Assembly: GCA_030390025.1 (NCBI GenBank)
Contig: CM059432.1
Location: forward strand, 6,448,001 to 6,512,000
Origin: Squalus acanthias
Lineage: Eukaryota
DNA length: 64,000 nucleotides
Reading direction: 5' to 3'
The notes under the pieces are model-generated. The model was not told the DNA's origin and did no database searches. It saw nothing but the letters and a program-made list of their open reading frames with translations. Positions 25,541 through 38,811 of the stretch are shown one piece after another. Numbering within the stretch: position 1 is the stretch's first letter; every line of letters begins with the position of its first letter. Both the position numbers and the translations under genes were made by a program.

Positions 25541-27168
25541 TTTTTGAAACAACTGTTCCATTCTATAGTTTTCAACTGGTCAAGGCACAATGTGCTCTAA
25601 TTCTCTGCCTGGGTTCGAACCCACATCTCACACCGAGATTTCTAGTCACTAACCTCACTAACCCTTTCAGCCACTCGGCCTTTCATGAAGAATTGGATCA
25701 ATGTTTAATTTGTAAATCAAATTTATATACAGTTTTAATGAGCAGTGTTAGCTATTATCAGGTGTTTAACAGTGAGGCTAAGTAGCAGCAGTCTTTCCTG
25801 AAGAAAGTAGCAGAGAATTACAGTGTGAATCGTTTAATTTGCAAAAATGACCATATGGAGAAAACAGACCTAAAACAGTAGCTTCAGTAGTCACTGTTTA
25901 AAAAGAACGCATTAATACAAACTGCAACTATTTGGAACGGATTAAGTTTTTAACCTAATTTAGCTAAATTGAAATATAATATTTTATTGAGAACAAATTT
26001 CAGGACTTCTCAAATACATTTTTAAATTTATCTTGGCGTTTTGCTCTGTTTTCATTTAGCATGTTAAAGGATTCCAGCTGTAATTGCATAATAGTCACAA
26101 TGTATGATTACCAAGTCTCATATAATCACGCCAATTTTCAGAAGTATTACTTACAATTGTTCTATTTGCTGAGTAAAAATGTTCGCAATTCATTTACACT
26201 TAACTTGGGTCAGAAATCGAGTCAAGCTGCTGCGTTATTGTTGTATGTTGTTGGGACCATTCCAGTATAAGATGATGCCAAATTAATCCTTCTGTTGATT
26301 TAATAATGCTTAAAATTGTTCTTCTAGATTTTGAGTTCCTTTAATCAATTAATTGCTTTTCCTCTGAAATAATTGATGACAGATGAAGCTGGTTAGGTAA
26401 TAAAGACTACAGGTTATGCATAACTCTTTACCTTATGGCATATTAACATAGCTACGAAAAGCCAACATGTGTAACATGAGTTACACAACATGAGTAGTGG
26501 AAATGGATTTCTAATGAGAGCTGTGGGTATTTCCATACTGTAGGAATGAATATTGCTTCCAATCATGACAGTATAATTGAGATAATTGTCATGGGTAAGT
26601 TAACCATTGATAATCGTTTGGAATCTGAATTCAATCTGACAATTTCTAAAACTTCTTACTGATTGATTATGATGGTATTTTGTAGCTGGATGCCATTGGT
26701 TCTGTGATTTGATTTTTGAAATATTTTTTTTAAAAAGCTCCTATTTGGACATCGTTCCCAAGAAGATTTTGCAGTTGATTTGCTGGACGACAAGTTTTTT
26801 TAAATTTTCACATCCAGTTGCATAATTATTCAGTTAGATAAAGATACAGGTTTGACAGTGATGAAGGTATTTGACTAGCAGATGTAAAGAAATTGTTAAC
26901 ATGAGAAGTTTAACATTAACCTTATGTTCAAAATACATGTCATTATCTAGATGTGATTAAATCATAGTCAACAGCGAGCCGTATATCCTGATGTGGATAA
27001 TAAGTTGCAGCTGTTTTTCTGCACCTGTTTCCTGTGTAATAACAGAATTTGCTTGAAACGAAAAGATTAATTTGTCTGCAGCAATTTTGCGTATTGAGAT
27101 GACAGATTACGACTATTTATTGCTAATATGCAACGTATTTGAAATGAGGTATTGTCATTTTGTTACAG

Positions 27169-27264
27169 TTGACAGAGATGCAAACGGAGAGCAGCTATTA
27201 TAGCCCTCAGAAAGTGAAATCCAAAGAGGTGCTTTGCTGGGAGCAAGAAGGGACGACTGTTGAG
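27169..27264 (+). CDS. VPS13B: VPS13B coding exon (approx. human exon 9), 96 bp
   Basis: tttgttacAG acceptor, GAG|GTATTT donor. Encodes LTEMQTESSYYSPQKVKSKEVLCWEQEGTTVE (32 codons, phase 0/0). Confidence 0.96.
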
Positions 27265-27895
27265 GTATTTTTCAATTCTTTGCCCAAAGTAGGGGTAAAG
27301 CTTCTTGTGATAGCACCTTCTCATCGATTTGTTAATTTACCATTATTAATATACACGCTGGAAAAATGTTTTTCTATTAAAAATGTCTGTACTTGCATCA
27401 CTTTTATATTCTGTAATTTCATAAAGTAAAACACATATATAAGAGTGCAAATCAACTTCACTTGATACCATTGTCTTGATATTTTGTGGAAGCGCTTCCA
27501 TTTTATGAACTGACAAATATGCAGAAATCTCTTCATGAAAACAAGCATGTGCCAAGTAAAATCCATTGTTTCCATTAAAAGTATGTGTACTGACCTCAGT
27601 TGGCAGTAATATGTGTGAGAAATGGCCAAGACTGAAGTCATTATCCTATCTAACAGCAGATTTCCATTAGAAGTTGAGATAAGAAGGTAGAAAATTGGCT
27701 TTAAAACTAGGTCTGCATTTATATTTATCATCGTTATGCAAGAGTTCAAAATCATAATGGAGAAGAGTTTGAAAAAGAAACCTAGTCATTCTCAGTATAT
27801 TTTGGCCAGCACAGACACGATGGGCCGAATGGCCTCCTTCTGTGCCATAAATTTCTATGCTTCTATTTATTTCTTGGTATTATGGTAAACATAAT

Positions 27896-28732
27896 GGGCT
27901 CGATTTTGTCAATGGGGACGTGATGGAGGCGGGACTCCCACTTTTTGGGTTGTAGTCCCGCCTCCATCGATTTGTGGCCAACCCACGCTACTTTCCCTTG
28001 ATTGACCTTGTTAAGCCCACCCAGCGGGCTCAGCAGGCCAATTAAGGGACACCTGGATACTGGTGACGTCAGCGATTGACATTTCATCTGTCAAGAGCTT
28101 TTGACAGATGAAATATCCGCGTTTGACAGCTCTGTGAAGCTGTCAAACACTGACAATCTGTCTTCTAACTTGAGTCCTTCTACTCAGACTCAGTTAGAGA
28201 GCTCTCCAGACCAGAAAGCAGAGGCTGCAGCTTTTGACAGTTCAGCGGCCATTCTGCTTTCTGTGCAGGTGAGCTGAGGGACTCCCGAGAACTGAAGGGA
28301 GGAAGCCTGGAGGAGAAAGTAAAAGTAAGTAAAACTTATTAAAATACTTTAGACACACACCAAACACACTTACCTCTGCACTCATGCACCCATCACTCAC
28401 CTGTACACTGGACATCTCGACCCCTCCAAGCCCTGCAGACCGACGGTCCGCCTCGCTAACTTGGCGTGGTTTGGAGCCGTCGGGCAGCCCACACCTCAGG
28501 GCTAAAAATAGGGATTAGCCAAAAAACTGCCTGTTAACTACCTGTTAACAGGCAGTTAATTGGCACTAATCCCCTTCCCGCCTCTGGGAGGCGGCTCCCA
28601 GCACAGGTCAGGTACCCGCCTCCTGGGACATTGGCATGGAGGCGGGTTGGGGGCGGGATGGGTACGTGACCCCCGAATCTGCAATTTTCCCGCCTCCAAA
28701 CCCGCCTCCACGGGGCTTGGCAAATCAAGCCC
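27896..28732. mobile_element. Harbinger-like MITE, family E, AAT TSD
   Basis: TIRs GGGCTCGATTTTG / GCAAATCAAGCCC; AAT at 27893-27895 and 28733-28735. Confidence 0.8.
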
Positions 28733-29703
28733 AATGAGTTCCCATCACATTGAGTTACTGCACATAAATGAGTCTTTGACTGTTGCTTTTGTTTAAAATT
28801 CATACAGCGTTTAATTTAATAATTGATTTGTTTAAACATTGGGTCAGGAGTAACCAATAAAACGAATCCGATTGTCAAAATTTAGTACTGAAACAAAATT
28901 TCAGCAAAAACTAAAAAAAAAGTGAGAAACCACAGACTTGACCACTTGTGTGTATAAAAAGTATTTTTTTTCTCTTCCTTTGAAAGATTTGTGCTGAAAC
29001 AAATATTTCCAATTTATCTGTACTAACTGGGATCGTACCTAACCTTTCGCTCGGTGCCAGAAAGTGAGAAAACTATAGAATTGTTTCCATGGTCATTGCT
29101 GGTTTGAGAGTAGATCTGGCCATAAATTTCCTTCTGTGGCGTTGATTTGAAGACGTGCCAGCTGTTCCCATTATAGTACAGTCTTCCCAGAAACTTTTTT
29201 TCAAAAGAGATAGAGATTAGTGCTGTCTGTTCACAACTTCCCACAACACTTGGCAACTTGGAGGAGTCTGATGCTGAAACTTCTCATGGCTATCATTCTT
29301 AAAGCAGCATTTTGGTAGTAATTTAATTTTTATATTCCTAATCTTCTTCAGTAAAAGGGAGCTTAATAGAAACGATGATGGATAGCATTATGAATTGTTT
29401 GTAAAATGTACATGGATTTGTTACTGAGTTGAGAAGTAATTACTTTGAGAGCAATTGCTAATTTTTATTGAGAAATGCATAATTTATAATTTGCTTATTT
29501 AAGTTGCACAGTGAACTATTTTGATTTCTATTAACTTTTTTGTTTTTATGTTTCACTTCCACTTCTGTCAACCACATAAAAATAGCTTTTTTGTATCTAC
29601 GCTAATTCATTTGCTAATAGGTTTTAGAAAAGGAAAGTAAGAATTTTTTGTATATGTAGCATAACTTGCTTTAACCATAATAATTCATACTGTTTTTGTC
29701 AAG

Positions 29704-29826
29704 GTGCTGATGATGGGAGAGCTTTTCTTTGATTGCCAAATGGGTTTTGTGAGCTGCAAGGCTTTATGCCTTAAGGGAATAATGGGTGTGAAAGACTTTG
29801 AAGAAACTACGAACAGAAGTGAAACT
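29704..29826 (+). CDS. VPS13B: VPS13B coding exon (approx. human exon 10), 123 bp
   Basis: tttttgtcaAG acceptor, ACT|GTAAGT donor. Encodes VLMMGELFFDCQMGFVSCKALCLKGIMGVKDFEETTNRSET (41 codons). Not in the ORF track; read by hand. Confidence 0.95.
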
Positions 29827-29861
29827 GTAAGTAATTGACCCAAACTTTTTCGTTAAAGTAA

Positions 29862-31540
29862 CAACGATTGCGTTTATGTAGTGTCGTTGACATGATTAAC
29901 CAAAACTAGTTTTATGTTTTAAGGAGGGTCTTGAGGAGGAGAGAGGTGGAGAGGTTTAGGGAGGAAATTTCAGAGCTTAGGGCCAAGATGGCTGATGGCT
30001 GACAATGATAGGGCGAAAGAGCGGGGCATGCAGATGAGGCCATTTGGAGAAATAAGAGTTTTCGGAGAGTTGTAGGGTTGGAGGAGATTACATAGATAAG
30101 GAGGGGTGAGGCAATGAAGTGATAAAGGGAACAGAGTTCAGGATGAGTTTAAGTTTATGGAGGATGGGACCAGGAGAGCATTGGAATAATAGTCTGGAGG
30201 TGACAAAGGCTTGAAGGAGGGTTTCGGCAGCTGATAGGCTGAGGCTGGGGTGGAGACAGGAGATGTTACCGAGGTGGAAATACGTAGTCTTTGTGATGAG
30301 AAGATATGGGATCAGAAGCTCAACTCTGGGTCAAATTGCAAATCAAGGTTTTGAACAGTGGGCTTCAACCTCAGACTGTGGTGGGGAGGGAGCTAGCATC
30401 GGTGGCGAGGGTGCAGAGCTTGTGGCGGAGCTGAAGGCATTGGCTTTGGCCTTCCCACTGTTTAACTGGAAGAAATTGCGGCTCATCCAAGTCCGGATGT
30501 CACACAAGCAGAGCAGTGGAGGGGTTGAGAGGTAGTGAAGTAGAGCTAGGTGTCATCAGTGTACATTTAGAATCTGACACCGTGTCTTCAGAATATGTCA
30601 CTGAGGGGCAGGATGTAGATGAAGATGAGGAGGGGGCCAATGATAGACACTTGGACTCCAGAGGTAACGGTGTGAGGGTGATAAGAGATGCCAGTGCTAG
30701 AGAAGCTCTGGTTATGATTAGATAGCTAAGAGTAGAACCAAAAGAGGTAAGTCCCACTCAGTTGGAAAACGGAGGGTGAGGGGTTTGATCTGGTCGACCG
30801 AGTCAGCGGCTGCCGTGTGGTGAAGAAGGATGAGGAGGGATAGTTCACCATGGTCGCAGTTTCAGTGCAGTGACAGGGCCGGCACTTGATTGGAGAGATT
30901 CAAACACGGACTTGTGGGAAAGATGAGCACGAATTTGGAAGGCAACAACTTTTTGGAAGAACTTTGGAGAGGAAAGGGAGGTTGGAGATGGGGCAGCAGT
31001 TTTACATGGACAGAGGGTCAAAGCTGTTTTTTTTTGAGGAGGGAGGTGGTGACGGTGGTTTTGAAAGGGAAGCGATCAGTACCTGAGGAGAGGGAGCCAC
31101 TTCAAGTGTCAGCTGGCATGGTGGCCAGCAATTTAGTGGGAATGGGGTCAAGAGAGCAGGAGGTGGGCCTCATGGACAGGATGAGCTCACAGAGGGCATG
31201 AGGGGAGATGGGAGAGAAGCTAGAGAAAGATGTAGGTTCAGCGCTAGGGTAGGGAGAATCTTGGAGGAAGTTTGGCTTGATGGGCTAGGGGTTGGAGGAG
31301 GATGCGACGGAGGCAGCTGAATGGATGGTCTCAATCTTCGTGACAACGATTTCCATGAGCTCCTGGCACTTGTTGGAGGTGAGGGCGTGAGAGAAAAGGC
31401 GAAAGGGGTTTAAGGAGACAATTGGCAGTGGAGAAAAGAAGCCAGGGGTTATCTTTGCTTTCCCGAATAATCCTGGAACTGTGTGGTTTTGGCAGAGGAG
31501 AGCAAGATCTGCTAGCGTTTTGATGTGATGGTAGAATTTT
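29862..31540 (-). mobile_element. Old L2 LINE, about 1.7 kb, degenerate
   Basis: L2 tail remnant at about 29862. Minus-strand frames show L2 ORF2 remnants (LAPSSSSSTSCP, i.e. frameshifted LGPLLFIY; LTSNKCQELMEIVVTKIETIHSA). Confidence 0.8.
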
Positions 31541-33653
31541 GTGGGTGGGCATTTTATAACTTGCATACATTTCTATATCATTTTAAATGTGCTATTATGT
31601 GTGCTAATAGGGATTTTATTTTCATCAAGCTAGATTCTTATCTGATTTAAAGATGTTTTGGAGAAATTTCAAGGGAGTTCAGTATTTCATTTTTCTTGAG
31701 TTTTGTGGCAGCCAGAAGCTGTTCACTGAAAGATACAGAAAATTAAACAGATGTTCTGCCCGATTTATAAATGAATTTGCTGACTATCCTGAGCCACTTG
31801 GTGTTGTGTTATGGAGAATCCAGTTTGCAACTTCTCTGCATCAGGGAAGTTATATTTTTCCTTCTTCCTGCAGTGCCCTTTGACTCAATGTGACTAACTT
31901 CGCCATCAGTAGTTATATCGTGCAAATAATTCAGTGCAGAGCAGTGCAAAATACTGAGGCCATTTTTGGAAGGAGGGATCTTGGGGAATCTGTTTGCTAT
32001 TCAGTTAAACGTCTCCGGCAGGAAATTGAAGGTTTGGCTCTAAATTTAACTAGGTATAGCTGGATATTAAATAACAACATGCCATTGACTTTTATTCATA
32101 GATCTGCGAACAGACTACAAAACCATTGTCTTTTTCAAAGTGCTGTTGACTTAACTTAATATTTAGATAGCTCAAGTTTTCTGATGGCAAAACCACATTC
32201 ATACTGAGGGTAGATGGACAGGATGATCACTGAAATGTACTCCCCCAGCCCACCCTCCTTGTGTATCCCACAGCAGATTTGGTTGATCAGTTGCTTTCAG
32301 TAGAAGCACTGGCTTGAAGAGCTTAGGAGATTTTACACCAAGTTTAAAAAAAAAAAATAAACATGAATGAAATCTGCTAAAAATTTGATCCTTTCTTCCA
32401 CTATTAATGACCTGAATCAGTTCTGACTGAGTGAAACTTGCCAAAAGAGATGGCTTCAGACCAGAACAATTGGTAACCAGTTTGATTGGGCAGGTAGGCA
32501 TCGCCACTGAATTTCCAGTGCCTTGTCCTTCTACCTAGTTTGTTTCTCGCTCCAAGTTTTGCTGGTTATACTTCAGGCACAGTAAAATGAAAGATTAAGC
32601 CTCAAAGCCAAAAAAAAAGCACTTTCACTAATTTAAATAAAAAAAATTCTTTTATTTTTGTTTTACAGTGGGGTCAGGACCAGTGCAACTGGTCTTGTTT
32701 AGGGTTGGGAGGAGAGAAGGAGGCACTTTGGATGCTGGAGGCCCTGCATATTTTTGTGTCCCCTGGTTCATGAGATCGTTTGAACTATAAATGGAGTCGT
32801 TTTATAAACCAGCAAGTGATAATCTCGTGGCTCCAGTTCTCAGCATAAGCAGTACATTATTGAACCTGAAATAAGCAAACACAGTTTGCTGGTGGAGAGC
32901 TTCCCTTAAGGATTGGCTCGTCTGAAGTCCGGGAACACTCTTCAATTAATGCTTATTCTGTGATGTTAGAAATTGATAAAATGTGAGACATGAGCCATTG
33001 ACAATACTCCCTCTCATAATCTTCCCAGTCTGACAGTAATATTTGCTTTTAATATGTTTGTCTAACCTTGTTGGGGTGGGGGAGGAGGTAAGTCGGGGCT
33101 CTTTGGTGATCAAGCAAGGTGTTTGCAAAGAGGTGTGGGTGGCAATGAAAGTTCGGAACTAAGCCAGTTCTTTTGGGAAGACTAAATAATCTTATACCTG
33201 AACCAAGCAGGTTCAAAAAAGGTCAGGGCGCAGTTGATGATTGACCAGCCAGCCTGGTTCACTAATGGAATCAGAGGAGTAGATCGGTTGCTGGCGGCTG
33301 AGATTCTAATCATTCTGTTCCAGATAATCCTGTAAACCAACACCCTAATGGTTCGGGTGGTTTATGCTAGGCTAGCAGTAGGGCGCTTGCCAGTACTTTG
33401 TGCTGGTCGGGTGCATGGTTTTAACTGGTAGAACTCCCATCAGTACAGATGCGCACACTTGGGCATGTCTGAGCCTTAACTCTGCCATCCCGCACCCAAG
33501 ATCTTTGGTCTTTAGTAATTGAGGTTTGCCCCAGGGTGGGTGGTGGGGGTTGGGGGTGGGGGGCGGGGTGGCGAGTGTATGCGAGTATTGGGGAAAAAGG
33601 AAACTCTACCTGGGTAAATTTTTCAGCTGCTTTTTTTTGATTTCTAAAGAACA

Positions 33654-34320
33654 TGGGCCAGATCTTGCTGGAACGGGGCATCTCGCAGTGTACGCCGTTA
33701 GTTCGACTATTTCCTGCACCCTTCAGCTCAAAAATTTTTTGTGCCCTGACATGCTGGAAGTGCAAGCTGATAACGGCATGGTCAGGGCATCTGGGACCTC
33801 AGTGAACGATGGGACCAACAGTCCATCTCCTTAACCAATGAGAGTTAAGGATTGAGAAATAAATAGAGGAATGACTGAGAAGGAGAGTGAATTAGAGTCA
33901 AATCGGTTACAAAAAGAGAAATAGAGAGGGAAAGAAAATTAAAAAAAAAAATCAAAATTTGATCTTTTTAAAATCTCCAGCAACAATTCACTACCTGAAG
34001 GAACGAGACTTTATGGTTTAAATTATTCACTTTCTGGGCCAGGAGGTTGATCGGCAGTCATTAACAATTATCACATCGTTAAAAAGGTACTTGCGCTATT
34101 GATTACTAGCCCTAACTTTCTGTGGCAAGTTTAATGGGCAATTAATGTGTAAATCCAGCACGTTCTTAAAAATAATGGGGAGGCTCAGGAAGAGATTTGT
34201 GCAAAGCTAATGGCGGAGCGGCCCAAATCGTCCAGCAACTTGTGGCAATTCACGAGATATCTCTTCCTCGCCACAAGTTGCTGGACAATTTGCACATTAA
34301 TAACAGCAACATTAACAGGT
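33654..34320. mobile_element. Family A TIR element (relative of 4459-5137)
   Basis: Begins GGGCCAGATCTTGC; shares CATCTGGGACCT, CCTTAACCAAT and the AGAGAAATAGAGAGGGAAAGAAA block. Confidence 0.6.
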
Positions 34321-34353
34321 ATCATGTGAGAAAACGAGAGGAAAAAAAAAACC

Positions 34354-34925
34354 CACCTCCGTTCAGTCCGCAAGCGTGACCCCGAGCTTCCGGTCGCCTG
34401 TCACTTTAATTCTCCCCTCCACTCCCACTCTGATCTCTCCGTCCTCGGCCTCTTACATTGTTCCAACGAAGCTCAATGTAAGCTCGAGGAACAGCACCTC
34501 GTCTTTTGATTAGGCACTTTACAGCCTTCTGGACTCAACATTGAGTTCAACAATTTCAGACTATAAATTGGCCCCTGTAGTGTTTTTTTTTCTCTCTCGT
34601 TTCCTCACGATAGCTGTTAATGTTGCTGCCATCGTCATCCACACATCATCTAGAGCCATCTTTTGTTACTTAATTTGTCCCATTACCTTTTGCCTTTTGC
34701 CTTAAACTATCATCCCTTTTGTCATTCAATCTCTCCTGCCTTCCATCCCATCACAAACCTTCCCTTTGTTCTTTCCTCCCCTCCTCCCTGCCCCTGCTTA
34801 AAGATCTTTCCTCTCTAACCTTTTCCAGTTCTGACGAAGGGTTCGACCCGAAACGTTGACTATGTTTCTCCTCTCGTCGATGCTGCCTGACCTGCTGAGT
34901 GTTTCCAGCACTTTCTGTTATTTTT
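34354..34925 (+). mobile_element. Penelope-like element 3' end (GIY-YIG C-terminus with a premature stop, plus terminal repeat)
   Basis: Translates as HLRSVRKRDPELPVACHFNSPLHSHSDLSVLGLLHCSNEAQCKLEEQHLVF*LGTLQPSGLNIEFNNFRL*. Confidence 0.85.
34827..34861 (+). ncRNA. Minimal hammerhead ribozyme motif, sense to VPS13B
   Basis: agtt-CTGACGA-agggttcgaccc-GAA-ACGT-T-gact; stem I has one G-U pair, stem II gggt/accc. Confidence 0.72.
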
Positions 34926-35229
34926 AATTATGTGTGTATAGTATTGATTTAACTTCACCTTTATTCATACATGACGCAAACTGTACTTCAGCAGCAAAAT
35001 GGCTTCTATTGGTTGGTTCAATTGAGCCTGAAAAAGGAACATTTATAATGTGGCCTTTTGGTGAATGGAGGCAAAGGTTAAAACCGTTAAAATTAAAAGC
35101 TTATTTCTTTAGGTAATTAATTAAAATGGACTCTCGCACTTGTGTACTTACTAGATACATGCACAGAAAATTATTTTTGATTGCAGTTTTAAATTAAAAC
35201 TTAACAATTGTATTACTTTTTTTTAAAAG

Positions 35230-35367
35230 GAAGCCTGTTTCTTCAGTTGTGGTGAAAGTCTGGACAGCAAAGGGTTAACATACCGCACCAATTCTCTGTT
35301 CGATTACCGAAGTCCAGAAAATAATGGTGTCCGGGCCGAGTTTATTTTGGATGCAGCCCAACACAAG
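35230..35367 (+). CDS. VPS13B: VPS13B coding exon (approx. human exon 11), 138 bp
   Basis: ttttttttaaaAG acceptor, AAG|GTCAGA donor. Encodes EACFFSCGESLDSKGLTYRTNSLFDYRSPENNGVRAEFILDAAQHK (46 codons). Confidence 0.95.
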
Positions 35368-35927
35368 GTCAGATCATTACTAAAACTAATTAGTACACTG
35401 GGAGAATGTATTTTCCCAAGGTTCTACTTTACAATATATCGTGCAATATTTTTGTAAACTTTTAAAAACAAATCTTCAGGAAAAAAATGCTTTCAATATT
35501 TGCTGCATGGAGTTGCACAATAAGTTAGGTGAAATTACTTCCCTGCATGAATCTACTGTGGAAATAGTGGAGGCAAGCAATGTAGTCACTTGGTTCTGAC
35601 TGTTAATTCAAATTTAATTTGATTTACCAGCTTGATCTAGGCTTGATGATGATGTTCCTCAGACTATAATGCTGATGGAAGAACACCAAGGATGCCGAGA
35701 GAAGTAACATACTGTTGGCTTAATTTACATTGGGTGTGCATACAGGGACAACTGATGACATCTTAAATCCCAAACCAAACCGTCAGTCGAACAGAAAATC
35801 CTTTGCTTACAATGGTTGCTAATGCCAATTAAATCAGGTAGTTCGCGTCTTGTGTAAGCATTTGGTTTGGTATTCAAGAATTTGTTCAAGATTCTTCAAG
35901 ATTTTGGGCACTGAAAGAAGGAAAAAC

Positions 35928-36345
35928 AGAAAGACCTGCTTTATATAGTGCCTTTCATGACTTCAGGACGTCCCAGACAATGATGTACCTTCTGAAGTGT
36001 AGTCACTGTTGTAATGTAGGAAATGCGGCAGCCAATTTGCTCCCACAAACTGCAATGTGATAATGAGCAGATAATCTGTCGATTGAGGGATAAATATTGG
36101 CCAGGACACCGGGGATAGTTCCCCTGCTCCTCTTCGAAATAGTGTCATGGGATTTTTTGCGTCCACCTGAGAGCAGACGGGGCCTCAGTTTAACGTCTCA
36201 TCCGAAAGACGGCACCTCCGACAGTGCAGCAGGCTCCCTCAGTATTGCACAGGGAGTGTCAGCCTAGATTTTTGTGCTCAAGTCCCTGGAGTGGGACTTG
36301 AACCCACAACCTTCTGACTCAGGCGAGGGTGCTACTAACTGATGT
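35928..36345 (-). mobile_element. SacSINE1/DeuSINE-like SINE, near full length
   Basis: B box GGTTCAAGTCC on the minus strand, central domain and L2-type tail. Confidence 0.85.
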
Positions 36346-36581
36346 CAGGAGGCGTGCAGCCATGCTACAGTGTGAACATAGGGGAACATCAGTCATTAGC
36401 AATGTCACATCAACGTGCAACTTAGAGGAACAACAGCTTAGAGAAACATATGCTGGCAGTGTCAGCAGTAGCTATAGGATGACTGCGCCATACTCAAGCT
36501 GATTCTGACCTTCAAGTGAGGGACAACTCTGTGAAAGAATACGTAGGAACAGGAGTAGGCCATTCAGCCCTTTGACCCTGT

Positions 36582-36934
36582 TATGAAAGGTTTTAATAGA
36601 GTGGATACAGAGAAAATGTTTCCACTTGTGGGGAAGAGCATAACTAGAGGCCATCAATATAAGATAGTCACCAAGAAATCCAATAGGGAATTCAGAAGCT
36701 TCTTTACCCAAAGAGTGGTGAGAATGTGGAACTTGCTACCACAGGGAGTGGTTGAAGCAAAAAGTATAGATGCATTTAAGGGGCGGTTAGATAAGCATAT
36801 GAGGGAGAAGTGAATAGAGGGTTATGCTGATAGATTTAGATGAGGAAAGACAGGAGGAGGCTCGAGTGGAGCATAAACGCCGGCATGGACTGGTTGGGCC
36901 GAATGACCTGTTTCTATGCCGTATATCCTATGTT
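36582..36934 (+). mobile_element. CR1 3' fragment inserted into an antisense CR1 tail (36535-36970)
   Basis: ORF MKGFNRVDTEKMFPLVG...FFTQRVVRMWNLLP; the host tail is split with TGTT on both sides. Confidence 0.85.
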
Positions 36935-37993
36935 TCGCCATTCAGTTGGATCACGGCTGATCTGTATCAGACAGCTGGTCATACGAGGAAAAAAAAAATG
37001 GTCAGTTGTAAGTGGCTTACATTGTGTTTTAAAGACACATGGCTCTTACTTAGAAAATATACTCACATTTTCTGATAAAAACAAAAACTGTGACATAACA
37101 GATTTAAACAATTCGAAAGAAGGTCAGCCCAAGACTTTTACAGAGCTAGACTGCAAAGCTAATTTATTAGTATGGAAACGAAGAGTAGGCTTTGCTCATT
37201 ATAACTTTTTATATCTACTACACACTGCGTATATAATGCATTTACTGAGGATGGAGGGGGAGTTACTGGTACATGTGCGATTTATACTCTTCTATGAAAC
37301 GCAGAATACATCCCAGCAATATTATTCCTGAACGCATATCATAGACTCATACAGCACAGAAGGAGGCCATTCGGCCCATTGCGCCTGTGCACTTTCCTCC
37401 CCTAAGTTTGCACCATTTCACCTGCAGGTTACCTTAGGGTGTTGTAATATGTTAATCTTTGGATTCATGAGAGCTCCAGGGAATTCTGTATCCTTGGCCA
37501 ATCTTTATTAAGATTTCCGCTTGTACACAGTGGGACTGAAGAGCCACTACTATTACAGTAGTAATTATACTACTGAGGTGCCAGAAGTACCTTTATTACT
37601 TTAGAATAATACCGTAACATGCATTTAAAAAAAAACATCAAAAATATATATTTTTTTAAATTTGCTTCTGCTCAGCCTAACACACTCTTTTTCCTCTATT
37701 GTGTCTACAATTTCTAGTTCATAGAATAGAGGGTCATAGAATCTTATAGCACAGAAAGAGGCCATTTGACCTGCCATGTCTTTGAAAGAGCTATCCAATT
37801 AACCCCACTCCCCTGCTCTTTCCCCATAGCCCTGCACACTTTTACTTTTTAAGTATTTATCCAATTCCTTTTTGAAAGTTACTATTGACAGCCTCAGCTG
37901 ATTTTTTTTTTTCCCCCCCCCCTCTTTTCCCTAATTCGGGCTAATTCCAGCCCATACTGCAATCAGCCAACTTCGCACAGACCAGGAGTTGAA

Positions 37994-38103
37994 ATAAAAA
38001 CCGAAAATGCTGGAAATACTAAGCAGGTCAGGCAGCATCTGTACGAGAGAGAGCGAGAGAGAGAGAGAAACAGAGTTAACGTTTCAGGTCGATGACCCTT
38101 CAT
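37994..38103 (-). mobile_element. Penelope-derived mini-insertion ending in the hammerhead core, 11-bp TSD
   Basis: caggagttgaa at 37983-37993 and 38104-38114; reverse complement contains CTGATGA-agggtcatcgacct-GAAACGTT-aact. Confidence 0.78.
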
Positions 38104-38383
38104 CAGGAGTTGAAGGTTGATTAAGACCAATCCCAGCGGAAAGTTACCTTGATTTCCACAATCTTTTTCTCATCATCTTCACAAACTTAACCATTTAGTC
38201 CCGGTGACATTTCAGGACATCGTTCAGCTGTTTCTGAAATATATCGATGAGGGAGAAGTTCAGTATAGAACATTCCGGCCCAACCCAACCCAATCAGGCA
38301 AAGAGATCCATAGGATTATAAAACAATTTTTGTGCTCAGAAGTTCAAGTGCTGGGGATTGGAACGATCTAATTTGGACACGGT

Positions 38384-38790
38384 GAGGTAGAGTTTCTGCT
38401 TTGGGAGCAATCGGTGATCTGGTTGCGTCCAAGATGGCGCCCGTTTTGAGAAGTGTGTTTTTCCCCCTCAAGTTTCTGCTCAAACTCACTTGCATATCAC
38501 CGAACACAAAACATCTGCCATGAACCAGCGCAATCGGGTGGCGTTTAAGAATGCATTTTAATAAAAATGCTTCAAAAAATATTCCTTGATATATTTAAGA
38601 GTGTTAACTTGGTGCAGTTTGATTAATACAGCTGAAAATGGGTTGATCACAAAAAAAATAAGCATTTTTATTCAGAGTGTCCAGTCCACCACCTGTGAGT
38701 AACCCGATTCTAAATAACTGAAAATGACTTTAAAAAGCTATACAGAACCATTTGCGAGTTATATTGGTGTACAATAGTCAGTTACTTTTA
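38384..38790. mobile_element. Family D TIR element, truncated
   Basis: AGGTAGAGTTTCTGCTTTGGGAGCAATCGG start, colinear with 13099-13500. Confidence 0.7.
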
Positions 38791-38811
38791 TAAAGTATTA
38801 CCAAGTATTTC

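Noticed and set aside
33228..33305. C/D box snoRNA (TGATGA ... CTGA); similar weak case near 35645
   Set aside because: No terminal stem, imperfect C box and no recognisable antisense guide; such short motifs occur by chance.
36840..37331. 163-aa ORF, and other 100-160 aa ORFs at 6683, 8062, 27321, 41589, 48826 and 52881
   Set aside because: They are repeat-derived or low-information frames with no recognisable domain and no place in the VPS13B exon chain.
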